Both the position numbers and the translations under genes were made by a program. From a virus, in IMG/VR virus record IMGVR_UViG_3300021399_000004, positions 64,001-128,000 of that record: a DNA stretch of 64,000 nucleotides. The stretch is one strand, 5' to 3'. This document shows positions 13,151-25,511 of this stretch, one piece after another. The stretch's first letter is position 1. Every line of letters starts with the position of its first letter. The notes beneath the pieces are model-generated. The model did no database searches, was not told the DNA's origin, and worked only from the letters and a program-made list of their open reading frames with translations.

Positions 13151-16100
13151 GTGAGTTATATAAATAAAATAAAGGTAGGCGATACTACACACTTAATTGA
13201 GCCTACCTTGTATGAAAAATGTGATACTGGCGAGGCGACCGCTACTAAATAGACTGATGTAATAAATAATTTCAGTTTAGTAAAAGGAGTGCAAGTAGCG
13301 GTAAAATTTACTAATACAAATACTGCCGCTGTCAACAATTTAAAATTATAGATTGGAAATACTACGGCTAAACCTATTAAATATCGTGGAGGAAATTTAC
13401 CTTCCACAGATACTTTAGCGGCAGGTCATATTTATAATTTTGTATATGATGGCACTAATTGGGAATTAGTTGGAGACTTAGATACAAATAGTAATACGAT
13501 ACCTACTGCATATTGTACTACTGCTGCTAATACCGCTGCAAAAACAGCGTCATGTACGAATTATGCATTATTAAGTAATAGTTGGATACATATATTATTC
13601 ACTAACAGCAATACAGCACAAGACGCTTTAACATTAAATATAAATGGTAAAGGCGCAAAACCAATTTTTATTGACGGAAAAGCATCAAGCAGTTCTAATT
13701 ATACGTTAAATGCTGGCTCTTATTTAGCATTTTATAATGGTAATAATTATCAAATTAGAACAGACGGCAAGCTACCAGGTAGCATTGCGGGTGATGCAGC
13801 AACAGTAAATGGATATACTGTTGACAAAGCTGTTCCCGAAGATGCCGTATTTACAGATACTAATAAATATCATAAAAGCGGTTCATGGAGTGGATTAACT
13901 TATACTGCAACCGCGGTTAATAATGCGGAGAAATTAGAATTTACCATTCCTGATAATTATGGTGATACAAAAAATCCCTATGGGACTAAAGCGAAGAACC
14001 TTATCCTTGCTGGGCCTTCTAGCGGAAGTGATGCAGCACCAAAGTTTAGAGCATTGGTTGCAGATGATATACCGGATATTAGTGAAACATATAAGACTTT
14101 AGGAACTTCATAGTTTTATGGCTCAGAAAATACTAGTAAGTTTTATAGTACACGTATTAGATCTGACGGTTCTGGTTGGGCCTGGAGTATATTTGACGCA
14201 TATAAATCTGATCAAACAAGCAAAATTGCTGATTTAAGCGTTTATGGGGCATAGAATGAAATGACATATATGTATATTACTGCTGTAAGAGATTCTGCTA
14301 CATTAACATGGAATTCTAAGGGTAATATACGTATTTATCCAGCAACCGGTGCAACAATAGCAAATGGTATGCGTTTAGCTACGCCACAATTGACCGTAGG
14401 ACAATATAATGCTCAAGATGATGGAAGTTCATTATATGTCGCAGGTAGCGGCACCTTTACCGATCAATTGAATGTAGGCGGTGATGTAATTGTTGCCGGC
14501 AATACTATAAGAGCACTTGCCTACAAAGACTCTTTAAGCACCTCAGACATCCCTAATCTTTCTCCTTCGATTTCAATTGGAGCAGGCACTGCTTCTAATG
14601 CTCCTACGGTTAATGTAACAGTAAACGGGGTAAGTGGCACAGCGAAATCTATTACCACGGCAACAACCGGGGTTTATGGTGTAACTAAATTAAGTGATGC
14701 AATTAATAGCACGAGTACTGCGCTTGCTGCTACGGCGAATGCGGTAAAGACGAGTTATGATTTGGCTAATGCGGCGGTGCCAAAAGTGTGGCAATCTCCT
14801 CTAACAAAGGGAACGACTCCAAGTAGTGAAGCTTATTATTGTGGCCAAATAATAGTGGATAGTGGAGGCACCGCTGTATCAAATAGATTGGCTATAATAG
14901 AGCATCTTTTAGATACGAATAATGTCAATCATACTTACATAAGAACTTACACTGCAACATCTGGTAGTAATAGCCATACATATTTAAGAATTGGGTCTGA
15001 TGAACAGGTATAGACAAACGGGCATCTTTATGCGGGTACTTTAGCAACCGCTAGTGAAAGAAGAATACGCGCCCAAGCCCTTGCAGGAACTATATACATA
15101 TATGCGGCAGGGACAGCGACTGGCAATCGAGGAATATATGGACATAATAATGCAGGAACTGGAGCCCCAATATTAATCTTAGACCAAAATAATAAAATTA
15201 GCAATTTAGCAAAAGCAACCTGCAATATTGAAACTTCTGGTGTTATATATGCTTCAGGTGAAGGATTACATCAAGTAATTGCAAAAAATACCTCTGATAA
15301 AATTGAAGTAAGCTTGCACAATGCGGCTTCTGGCAACCATGGTATTTATTCAAACGGCTACGGTTCTACCGCAGATAACTTTACTGCAAGCGGTAAATGG
15401 CTAATTTATAGAGGTACTAGCGGGAAAACGGTAATTAACAATTATCCACTTATCTCTAGTGAAGGAGTAGGTTCAAAGTGGAATAAAGCAAGAGATAACG
15501 CAATTATAAAGACAAGCTCTATCGTCTCATATACAGCCCTTGCTTCAATAAAAACTACTAATGGATCTTGGGATATAGGTGCTTATGATAATGCTAGTTT
15601 TACCGATGACTTAATATTTAGTTATATTTCTGATACTACTTATTCAGGCAGCGCCGCTACTACAGATGCGCAAATTAAGTTCTTAGAGAACGGTCATATT
15701 GTAGCGCAATTAGATGGGAATGCTTCAACCGCTACCTATGCCACTGTGACGCAAACTGTCCCAACTAGTAATACCTCATATTTCCTACCTTTTATTGCTG
15801 GCAACGCAGATGGAAATTATGCAGTTAGAGCAAATTCTTTATTCTATATATACATGACCGCAAACGGTGCTTAGTCATACTAGTGTATTGGCGGTCCTTC
15901 TTCCAGAGGAGGCATAACATTACACGGAGGGGCAGGATCTTATGGCAATTTAATTCCTTCCGCAGTCACAGAAAATAGAACCTGGACATTACCAGATGCT
16001 ACTGGAACGATAGCTTTAACTTCTAGTACAATTACAGGAAACGCCGGCGGCCTAACCAATAAAACATTTAACTCAACAAACACTATTGATAATCTATCTG

Positions 16101-19100
16101 GGACATATTCATTCTAGGGCACAGGTGGTTATTGGGCTGATACTGACTGGGTTGGTTTTCAAGTTGGTAGTACAAAGGATAAATTCTAGGTTGTTGGGAA
16201 AAATAGCGGGTTAATTATGCGCCAGAACGATGCTGGCGGTGCTGATACCGCAAGCTGGTCAGATTGGAAGAGAGTAGTAACGGCTACTGTGGATACGGCT
16301 ATTGGCGCTGCAAATACTCCAGTATATATAAATGCTACTGGTGATGTCGTGGCTGGCACTCAATTAAAAGCGCTTGCATATAAGGATTCTTTGGCCGCAT
16401 CGGATATTCCAGATTTGAGTGGGAGTTATTTGAAACTAACAGGTGGCGCGCTAACTGGGGCTGTTACTAATACTAGTACTATTATTAGCGTTTCTACCAG
16501 TGGTATTTATAGTGCTGCTTCTAGCCCTATGTTTTATTTTTTACGTGCAAATAATACTAATACAGAAAATAAGTTAGGAGCGATTTTCGTTAATACTAAA
16601 ACAGTAAATGAAAAGCTAGTTCCAAAACAAATATATTTTAGAACTTATCAATATGACGCTACGACTGGAAATCCTAAAGAAGCATGGGAACAATATAGGC
16701 TGCCTGAATTAACGGTAGGAAATTCAACTTAGTCGTATGACATTCTTACCTCAAAATCACTTGTAACTATCGCTTAGGGCGGTACAGGTATCTCAACAAC
16801 TGATGCCCATAAGGTCTTAATAGGCCCAACAAGTGGTAGCGCGGCGGCACCTACATGGCGTACTTTAGCTGCTAGTGATATACCTGATTTGAGTAGTAAG
16901 TATGCTTTAGTTATAAATGGAACTGCCGCGAATCAATTACTTGGTTTTAAAGGGACTAGTGGGACACACCATTCTTCAGTAAGTGATTATAACGATCATA
17001 TTTTTACTCTTGTATCAACAATTAAGGGAGTATTTTTATGGGATAATACAAGCAGTAAAACAGTTTGGACTCTTGATTCCACTGCTTATCTCAAATTAAC
17101 TGGCGGTACAGTTACTGGTGATTTAACAGTTGATGGGACATTAACTGGTACATTAACAGGCACTGCTGATTATGCAGAAGCATTGAAGAATTAGTATACT
17201 TATAATACACGAATTGCTGATGCAAATATAACTCAAGGAAATAACGGCGGTGTAAAATTTTTCTTAGCAACTGGTTCTATGACCGCAAACAAACCAGCAA
17301 GTGACGGATATATTTTACATTTTAATTGGGATAACGGCACTGGCTGGAGTTCTCAATTTTATATTCCTAACGGAGGAGCTGCTTCACCACAATATCGTAG
17401 TCATACTAATATTTCAACTTGGACTGATTGGAAGACTTTCCTGACTAGCGCAAATTATACTGATTACACAGTAACAAAAACCGGCTCCGGCGCATCAGGA
17501 ACCTGGGACATCTCAGTTAGCGGTGTTGCCGCACAAGCAACCGCCGCAAATTTGACAAGTACTGCTAATGGAATTGCTTATTTCTCTGATACTGCTGGTA
17601 CTTTTGATTCAACATCTTCTATATTAGTAGATGATGCAAATGGTAAAATAAATATTACAGGAAAATCTGGTACAAGTGGTGAATTCGTTGCTAAAAGAGG
17701 TTCAGAATCTTTTTACTTTGGCTTTGGTACTGGTAATACTAACCGAGGAATATATAGTTAGACTGCACCAACTGCACACTGGATGATTTATGAGGATTCG
17801 GATGGGCATGTTTACTTACCAGTAGGTACTGGCACGACTTATTGGGCTGTTGCAGATGCAAGCTCAAGCGCACGTGGCTTAGTAAACACTAGTGCTCAAC
17901 AATTTAAGGGAATGAAGAGGTTCTGGGGGCTAGGTATTACTGGTTACGATGGAAGTGGTGGATCTCGTTATAAAGACATAGTATTCCAGCAATCAAGTTC
18001 TCCAAATGACATCGGTGGAAGACTTCGTTATGATATTGGCAATGCAACAAATGTTAGTAGCGGTACATTTTCCTTCTGGGAATATAGTCCTCAATCAACT
18101 GCTACTACAACTAGCACTGGTCATGCTGAAAAATATTTCCTACCTACAACAGCAACAGGATTGACAGCGGACGTTACTTATAATATACTAACTACAAAAC
18201 CAACTAACAATAAAATATAGTTCATTGCGAACAGCACAGTATCTTCTGGCGGTGGTATTACATTTGTAAATGGAAGTACAGATTATGGGTATGGAATATA
18301 TCATAATAAAACAAATCTATGGATTGGCGCTACTTCAAATACCTCTGACATACACACTGGAGGTTTATGTTTACATGCTGGTAAAGCCACTAGTGGATAT
18401 ATGAATAGAAAAGCATTTTTATCAGTCGGAGAGAGTGACACTGCGACTGCATCAAAAGCTAAAATGATAGTGTATGGTGGTGATGATGGTAAATCTATTG
18501 GCGGCGCGACTTCAGGCCCTGTTTATATTGATACTTATGGTCAAGCCAGGTCCGTCACTTCTGTCCCCATAGATACAGGCGGTACAGGTGCTACTACAGC
18601 AGCGGGTGCTTTAGAAAATATTATGAATAATACTGGTATAATTGGTAGCCCGACCTTACCTATTTATTGGGAAGGCAGCCTTGGATAGTTTATGTCTTGT
18701 TCAGATGTATTTGTAAGGACTACCGGCGCTAGTCTAACAGGAGCTCTTACTTTTAACCCATCAGATGAAAGTAAACCAATTATTAATGGTAATAATACTG
18801 GTGCTAATATGGCAATCTTCGCTGGACACGATCAAGCTACAACCGCAAATTACTTATTAAATAGTGCCATAGTTATTCGTGAACAAGACAGAGTTGGTGA
18901 TTCAAAAGGAGGATGGCAGACTGGCCCCCGCCGTTATGCTCCGCGACTTGGATTCAATTGGAGCGGAGTTGCTGGTGGCTCTATAATTTTAAATAGTAGC
19001 GGGCAATTTGCTTTTTATGGTAGCAATGGAACTACATTAGCTGCAGTTCGTGGTGCTAGTTTTAATTCATCTGTTGCAAGTAATGACTATGCTGAATATC

Positions 19101-19480
19101 GTCTCACTAATCCTAGCGCGCGACCGGGGCAGTGTGTTATTGACTTAGATGATGGTCATCTTGCTATTAGCACTGAACGTCTACAGCCTGGCGCCTAGAT
19201 AGTATCTGATACTTATGGTTTTACTATGGGTGAAGATGATTAGCATAAAACCCCAATCGCAGTATCCGGGCGCGCCCTCGTCTACACCTACCGTAACCGT
19301 GCTGAATACCATGCTGGCATGGCTGTCTGTTCTGCGCCTAATGGCACAGTAGATATAATGACTCGCGAAGAAATTCGTGACTACCCTGATTGTATTGTGG
19401 GTATTGTTTCTGAAATACCCGCATATGGAAAATGGCATGACATTTATGTAAATGGCCGAATCTGGATTAAGGTTCGTTAA
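13151..19480 (+). CDS. Giant modular tail fibre protein, 2109 aa, with C-terminal peptidase-G2/IMC-like autoprocessing region
   Basis: Nine track ORFs (14261.. to 18692..19198) share frame 2. There are 17 in-frame TAG and no TAA/TGA between GTG 13151 and TAA 19478-19480. The C-terminus SNDYAEY...IVSDTYGF...VSGRALV resembles an intramolecular chaperone domain. Confidence 0.8.
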
Positions 19481-19495
19481 TAGGAGGTAATTTAT

Positions 19496-19837
19496 ATGAA
19501 ACTAATTTTAAATAATAACGTAGAAGAAACTATCCAATTTGATACTTGCTCTCGTAACTTAAATATGGGAGAACCTAATGTTTTCTTTGACATTTATGTT
19601 AATGCAAACAGCTTAGAACATTTTAATACAATGCAATATATTACTAAATATGCTGATGATTATTTTACTGCAATTAAAGTAACCGATAATGATGGCAATG
19701 TAGTTTTTAATCAAACAGATATTATTGGGAAAATCGCAAGTTACTCTGAATCTTTTGGCGATGGATACTATAATGCGAATGCTGCGGTACAGATTTTAAA
19801 ATCTATTCCTCAAACTACGCCAGAAGAAACTGAATAA
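19496..19837 (+). CDS. Hypothetical protein, 113 aa
   Basis: SD TAGGAGG. Intact track ORF. TAA stop followed by a terminator. Confidence 0.75.
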   Translation: MKLILNNNVEETIQFDTCSRNLNMGEPNVFFDIYVNANSLEHFNTMQYITKYADDYFTAIKVTDNDGNVVFNQTDIIGKIASYSESFGDGYYNANAAVQILKSIPQTTPEETE

Positions 19838-19843
19838 AAAAAT

Positions 19844-19871
19844 AAGGCCCCACATTAAGTGGGGCCTTTTT
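19844..19871 (+). terminator. Rho-independent terminator
   Basis: Stem AAGGCCCCAC / GTGGGGCCTT with a 5-nt loop and a T run. Confidence 0.8.
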
Positions 19872-19891
19872 CTTGTATAGGAGGGATTACT

Positions 19892-20146
19892 ATGAATGTA
19901 ATGAGCAAGCGTGGTCAATTAGATAATATAGTAACTTATGAACATTTTTGTGATACTGCGGCCGACCTCGCAAATATAGATCCTAAATATGCTACTTTAG
20001 GTTCAGTAGCAATTGTAGTACAGGGATAGGCTGGAATTGAAGCCTATATGGCAAATAGTAAAGGTGAATGGGTATTGGTAGTCGGTGGCGTTGACGAGGA
20101 GGAAGAAGAAGTAACTCCATCTGAAGGCGGTGATAATAATGGCTGA
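19892..20146 (+). CDS. Hypothetical protein with acidic tail, 84 aa
   Basis: SD AGGAGGG. One in-frame TAG. TGA stop overlaps the next start. Confidence 0.6.
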
Positions 20147-22190
20147 TATGGTTGATGTTATCCTCGCTAGCGGATTAAGTTCTAGAGGACAAATTAAAAC
20201 TTACGCCCAACTTGCGGCAAAAGCTGCCGCGCAAGCCAATGAGGCGGTTAATACTGCTAATAATTTGGTAAATAATTTAGATGAATTAACTCAATAGACT
20301 AATTAGAATAATGAGAATGCTGAGCAAGCTCTTCAGGACGCGCAAACTGCATTAACGCAAGTTAATAATATATTAAATGATGTTACTAGTGCAGCAGCAG
20401 ATGAAATTGATAAATTAATTTTATCTATGGAAAACATTAATGGTGTAAACGCTATGGCTGTAAAATTAGATACTACTTATCCAGACAATACTACACGAAG
20501 CATTTCAGAATTGGTAAAATTTTACAAATCCACTGGATTAAATGAAGATGGCGGTATGACGCAAAAAGCCATTACTGAAGCCCTACAAGAGTTATCTACT
20601 AATATAAACATAACATTAACAAATTAGATTACTGCTGTAGATACAAGGATCACTAATGTTTATAATGAATTAAATAATAGTATTAATCAAACAAATACTC
20701 GAATTACTAATATTATAAATAATGGTGGAGGCAGCGGTGGTGGCACGATGCCAGTTTTTTCTCCAGACGACGAAGGTAAAGTAATCATTATCGGCCCAGA
20801 TGGAACGCCTATTCCAAGTGATAATATTACTGAAGTAGAATTAATAGAAGCATTAATTGGCACGGGAAGTTATATTTTAAAAAATTGCGTAGGCTTGACT
20901 TCTGATTATGAAAATAGAATTTTTATTCGCACACAGGAAGCTAAAAATTTTACTATTTCGTCAGATTTTGATAAGTTTGAAATGTATGGCGGCCGTATGC
21001 GTTGTAATGTATCTGATGATGGCCGCATCGTTGCTTTTTATGGTGACGCAAATTATAAAGATGACGGATCTAATGGTCAAGTTATGGTATATTAGCCTAA
21101 ATTTTATTATAAACGATTAATTAATAAAACAACCTCGACAAGTAGTGGACGTAATATTGAAAATGAACAACTTATTATTTCTCCTTATGAACAGCAAGGA
21201 TTCAAAGTTCATCCATTATTTTTAGATAAATATAATCATGAACTACCTTATGTTTTAATTGGCGCCTATGAAGGGTGCGCTTATTCTACATCTACAGGTT
21301 CTTATGATTTGATAAATAGCGCAACTACAGATTTTTCCACTGATAAACTTTCATCCATAGCAGGCGCGAAACCGATTAGTGGTAGTAATAAAGTTATGAC
21401 TAAAGAAGGTGTGATTTAGCTCGCTAAAAATCGTGGAGATGGCTGGGGCACAACAACTCTTTAGGCTGCAAGTGCAGAACAAATGTTACTAATTATTGAA
21501 TTTGGCTCTATGAATGGTTAGAGAAGCATAGAAAAAGGTATTTGTTTATATCCTACTAGTATAAGTAAAAATAACGCGGCAAATACTGGAGCTACTTCTA
21601 CTCTAGGAAACATGACAGGCGCTTCTGAAACAAGTGCAATAATAAATGATGCAACAAATCCTACTATATATAATGAAGATGGATATAGATCTATATCTTA
21701 TAGGGGCGTCGAGAATCCTTGGGGCAATATTTGGAAAATTCTTGATGGATGTTATATTTATGGTAATGGTGCTAATCAAGGCGGCGAGCTGATGATTTAG
21801 AATTATGATGCAAATAATAATGAATATATTTATGAATCAGTTGGCTTTATGCTGCCTTCTAGATTTAGCTGGATTGCAAATTTTGGTTATGGCTCTGAAA
21901 AATATGACTGGGTTTATTTTCCTTCAAACTGCAATGATAGCGCTAATAGCTTATTACCAGTAGGCGACCAAGTATGGACTACCGCTAATCTAAATAATAA
22001 TCATATAGTGGGATATGGCGGGGCCTGGGGCTTTGAAGAGTTTAATGGCCCATTTTATTATGCCTGTGATAAGTTATTAACAGATTCTCCAAATACTTAT
22101 GGCGCAAGATTAATGTTTACACCAACCTATAATTCAACTATTACAAATTCAAATTATTCTCTATGGCGTACTCGCTGGGAGGGGAATTAA
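20139..22190 (+). CDS. Tail/receptor-binding protein with N-terminal coiled coil, 683 aa
   Basis: Same-frame ORFs 20427.., 20748.., 21612.. and 21849..22190 are joined only by TAG. Ends in TAA. Contains an SISYRGVENPWGNIW motif. Confidence 0.75.
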
Positions 22191-22191
22191 T

Positions 22192-22449
22192 ATGATTATA
22201 CATAAAGATGTAAAAGGCTCAACCAAGCCAAACGCCATTGATGTAACTCCAAGTGCGGTCTTTATTGCAACCAATATTAAACCATATTCAATAACATTAG
22301 ATGATGTAGTAGTTTCTGGCTATTAGTATGATTGTACTGAATATACTAAAGATGAATATATTACTTATATTGCTAAAGAAAATGAAGATAAAATTACCGC
22401 ACTCGAAGAAGAATTGTAGGCCGCAAAGATTCTATTGGGGGTGGAATAA
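22192..22449 (+). CDS. Hypothetical small protein, 85 aa
   Basis: ATG lies just after the previous TAA. 2 in-frame TAG. Ends in TAA TAA. Confidence 0.55.
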
Positions 22450-22452
22450 TAA

Positions 22453-22857
22453 ATGACTTTATTAGAGTTAGCACAAAAATTACGCCCATACATTGAAAAA
22501 GCTGCAATATCTTTAGATGATGCGGATGCGCTAGAAGCTATCAATTTATTTCCTGTTTGGGATGTAAATAAGGAAGATGGGTATAAGAAAGATGAGCGCG
22601 TAAGATATGATAATATTCTATATAAATGTTTACAGGATCATATTCCACAAGAAAATTGGACGCCAGTTGCAGCATCGAGTTTATGGGCAAAAGTTTTAAT
22701 TCCCGATGAAAATATTATACCTGAATGGGAGCAGCCAGATAGCACTAATTCATATTAGATTGGTGATAAAGTTACTCATAATGGTAAAACTTGGGAAAAC
22801 ACTGTTGCCAATAATGTTTGGGAGCCTGGCGTTTATGGGTGGAGTGAGGTAGCATGA
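22453..22857 (+). CDS. Protein with two CBM5/12-like carbohydrate-binding motifs, 134 aa
   Basis: Track ORF 22453..22758 continues through TAG 22756 to TGA 22855-22857. Contains Y..GD.V...G..W...N.W.P motifs. Confidence 0.6.
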
Positions 22858-24383
22858 AAATAAAAGTTCTTTTAACTCGTCCCTCGAATGCTTCGTATTT
22901 TAATACCACTATTAATAGCGAAGTAGAAGTTGAATTAGAGGAATACGTTGCGGCGGTAGTAGCCTCGGAGATTAGTAACTCTAATCTAGAGGCGTGCTGC
23001 GCGCAAGCTATTGCCGCGCGCACTTTTGCAGTTAGTAGAGGAGTATTAGAAGGAAAAACAATTTCTGACTCCTCTGCTACTGCGCAAGCCTATCGCGCCG
23101 AAAGATTTAGTAAAGAAAAATACCCAAATTGTGTTGCCGCCGCAGAAGAAACAGCCAACTTAATTTTAACTTATAAGGGCAAACCTATTAGCGCTGTTTA
23201 TAGTTCAAGCAATGGCGGCCGCACGGTTTCTTCTAAGGAAAAATGGGGCGGTTCTCGCGCATATTTAATTGAGCAGGATGACCCTTGGGATAAAGCTGCA
23301 TCAGGCGGGCGCAAAACCGGACATGGTGTAGGCATGAGTTAGGCGGGATGCAAATGGGCTGGGGCGCATGGTTATAGTTATAAATAGATATTAAAATTTT
23401 ATTATCCCAATACAGAAATAAAATAGGTGATGCCTATGAATGAGAATGAGAAAGCAAAGGCAGTTGTTGAATTGGCGAAAAGTTGTTTGGGGTATCCTTA
23501 TGTTTTTGCGGCGTGGGGTGAAAATTGCACCCCTGAAAATAGAAAACGCCGTGCGCGGGCAGACCACCCTACAATTATTAGTAAGTGTTAGGTACTAAAT
23601 GGAAAGAAAAAGGGAGCTACCTGCAAGGGCTGTAAATATGAAGGAACACAAATCTTTGATTGTCGCGGTTTTACCTATTATTGTCTAAAAGAAAATGGAA
23701 TTGTTATTAATGGGCAAGGCGCGACAAGCCAGTGGAATGACAATGCTAATTGGATAAAAAAGGGCCCAATTGCAGAGATGCCCGATGTAGTATGTTGTAT
23801 TTTTTAGCAGAATGGTAACAAGATGAAGCATACCGGATTACATATTGGCGGCGGAAAAGTTATTCACTGTTCTGTTGAAGTAAAAAATGATAATGTTTCG
23901 CGCAAAGATTGGACGCATTACGCTATTCCTTATGGACTATATACTAAGGAGGAGTTAGATAATATGAATGTGGTACAATATAGAAAGACTATTAAGAAGG
24001 GCTCTAAAGGAGACGAAGTAAAGGAGCTACAAAATATCCTAAAAGAGCTCGGACTATATACTGGAGAAGTAGATGGTAAATTTGGTAGTGGCACCGCAGA
24101 AGCAGTGCGGCAATACCAAGCGAGCCGCGGCCTGACTGTTGACGGAGTGGTTGGCACAGATACTTGGAATGCATTGCTCGCAGAAGGCCATTGGCCAGAT
24201 GGCGCGCCCGAAGCTCCTGAAGAGCCAGAATTTGAAATGCCTATGGATCAAGAAGAATTGCGCGCAGAGCTATTGCTGATGCAATTAAAACTTGGCAATC
24301 TAAAGGATGACTTAGAGGTAATTTCTACTTCTATTAATGAATTAATGGATGAATTAAACAAAATAAATAAAGGGGAGACCTAA
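22854..24383 (+). CDS. Lysis enzyme: SpoIID/LytB-like region + NlpC/P60 endopeptidase + PG_binding_1 + coiled coil (one 509-aa frame if TAG is sense)
   Basis: Frame 0 is continuous from 22854 to TAA 24381-24383, with TAG at 23340, 23385, 23424, 23589 and 23805. Motifs: AARTFAV..SSSNGGRT; DCRGF..HTGLHIG..VIHCS; LGLYTGEVDGKFGSGT. TAG 23424 falls at the domain boundary. Confidence 0.75.
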
Positions 24384-24425
24384 CGGTCTCCCCTTTATTT
24401 TTTTTTTTTTTTTTTTTTTTTTTTT
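24372..24425. terminator. Bidirectional terminator between the convergent late and - strand modules, with a 28-nt T tract
   Basis: Stem GGGGAGACC / GGTCTCCCC with loop TAAC, then T28 (24398-24425). Confidence 0.8.
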
Positions 24426-24837
24426 AGGAGTGCGATACTTGGTCGTGCAGTTCACGCTCTCGGTATGCCATGGACTTTGTTAATGCTTCACCATATAGAT
24501 TGAGGCCCGACATGAGCTTATTAAGCTCTCTGTCAAGCATGTTTACATAATTATTTGCTCGTCTGAAAAAGCTGCGATGAAGCTTATCCTTCATGCGATG
24601 GAAAGCTAGTCGCTTACCAAGTTCTTCATTCCACTCATCGTTTTCTGCGCAAGTAGCCACACCGATAAAACGCTTGGGCATTTCTACTCGGCTATTTACA
24701 CCATGATACCAGTTACAATTCTGCCAAAGGTACTTATACAGTAGCCACTGTGAGTCACTATAAACACAAACTACCTTACGCTTATCCTTGTTTACATAGA
24801 ACTTGCAATCCTGCGGACGAATATTAATCTTAAACAT
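24424..24837 (-). CDS. Hypothetical protein, 137 aa, tandem paralog of 24830..25222
   Basis: SD GAAAGGA before the internal ATG of track ORF 24424..24873. Shares an MPK.F.G.A.CA..DEWN.E.GK..A motif with its neighbour. Confidence 0.75.
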   Translation of the reverse strand: MFKINIRPQDCKFYVNKDKRKVVCVYSDSQWLLYKYLWQNCNWYHGVNSRVEMPKRFIGVATCAENDEWNEELGKRLAFHRMKDKLHRSFFRRANNYVNMLDRELNKLMSGLNLYGEALTKSMAYRERELHDQVSHS

Positions 24838-25222
24838 AATTAATCCTTTCAATATTCTTGTAGATTTTTGCACGATAATTAACAGATCGTTCCTGCCAAT
24901 TATCCATTAGTTTTTCCATAGCCTTGATTCCTGCTTGGACATGTTTGTCAAAAGAACGCGCATAATTTTCTTTTGCGCGCGCATAAGCAATTTTCTTGCC
25001 TACTTCCAGATTCCATTCATCTCCGGGCGCACAACGTGCCATTCCCGTAAAATGCTTTGGCATCCGCATTGCGTCGCTTACCCGAATTGGATAGGGCCAA
25101 CACATTTCTTCCTCAAAGAAATCAAGTACCGCTCGTTCTGTATTAGGGATAATACAGAACACAAGACGGTCCTCAATACTGTAAGCCCAATTGCAATCTT
25201 CCATTTTAATATCAATGTGCAT
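24830..25222 (-). CDS. Hypothetical protein, 130 aa, tandem paralog
   Basis: Track ORF with an SD-like GAGAGGTAAG. Motif shared with 24424..24837. Confidence 0.75.
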   Translation of the reverse strand: MHIDIKMEDCNWAYSIEDRLVFCIIPNTERAVLDFFEEEMCWPYPIRVSDAMRMPKHFTGMARCAPGDEWNLEVGKKIAYARAKENYARSFDKHVQAGIKAMEKLMDNWQERSVNYRAKIYKNIERINYV

Positions 25223-25511
25223 TAAACTTACCTCTCATAAAAGTAACAAAGTCGTCTTTCACATCATCTGGATCTTCAAGCAAATACATTCTGACTACCA
25301 TGCGGCGAAGCGCCTCCGCTCCACCATTATAGAGTCGAAGACAATCTCCTCGATTAATTACTAGATTATTTTCATCAATTTTAAGTCGAGGATCATGATT
25401 TCGATCCATCCAATAAGACATAGCATTGATCTTGTAATCATCCTTAGAGTCGATAAACTCTAAGCCATAATTATAAACCCAATCTTGATAAGCTTCAAAG
25501 GCGTCAATCAA
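25212..25511 (-). CDS. Hypothetical protein, 99 aa
   Basis: TTG start 7-9 nt after GAGGAGG. Overlaps the deaminase stop. Confidence 0.7.
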   Translation of the reverse strand: MIDAFEAYQDWVYNYGLEFIDSKDDYKINAMSYWMDRNHDPRLKIDENNLVINRGDCLRLYNGGAEALRRMVVRMYLLEDPDDVKDDFVTFMRGKFNAH

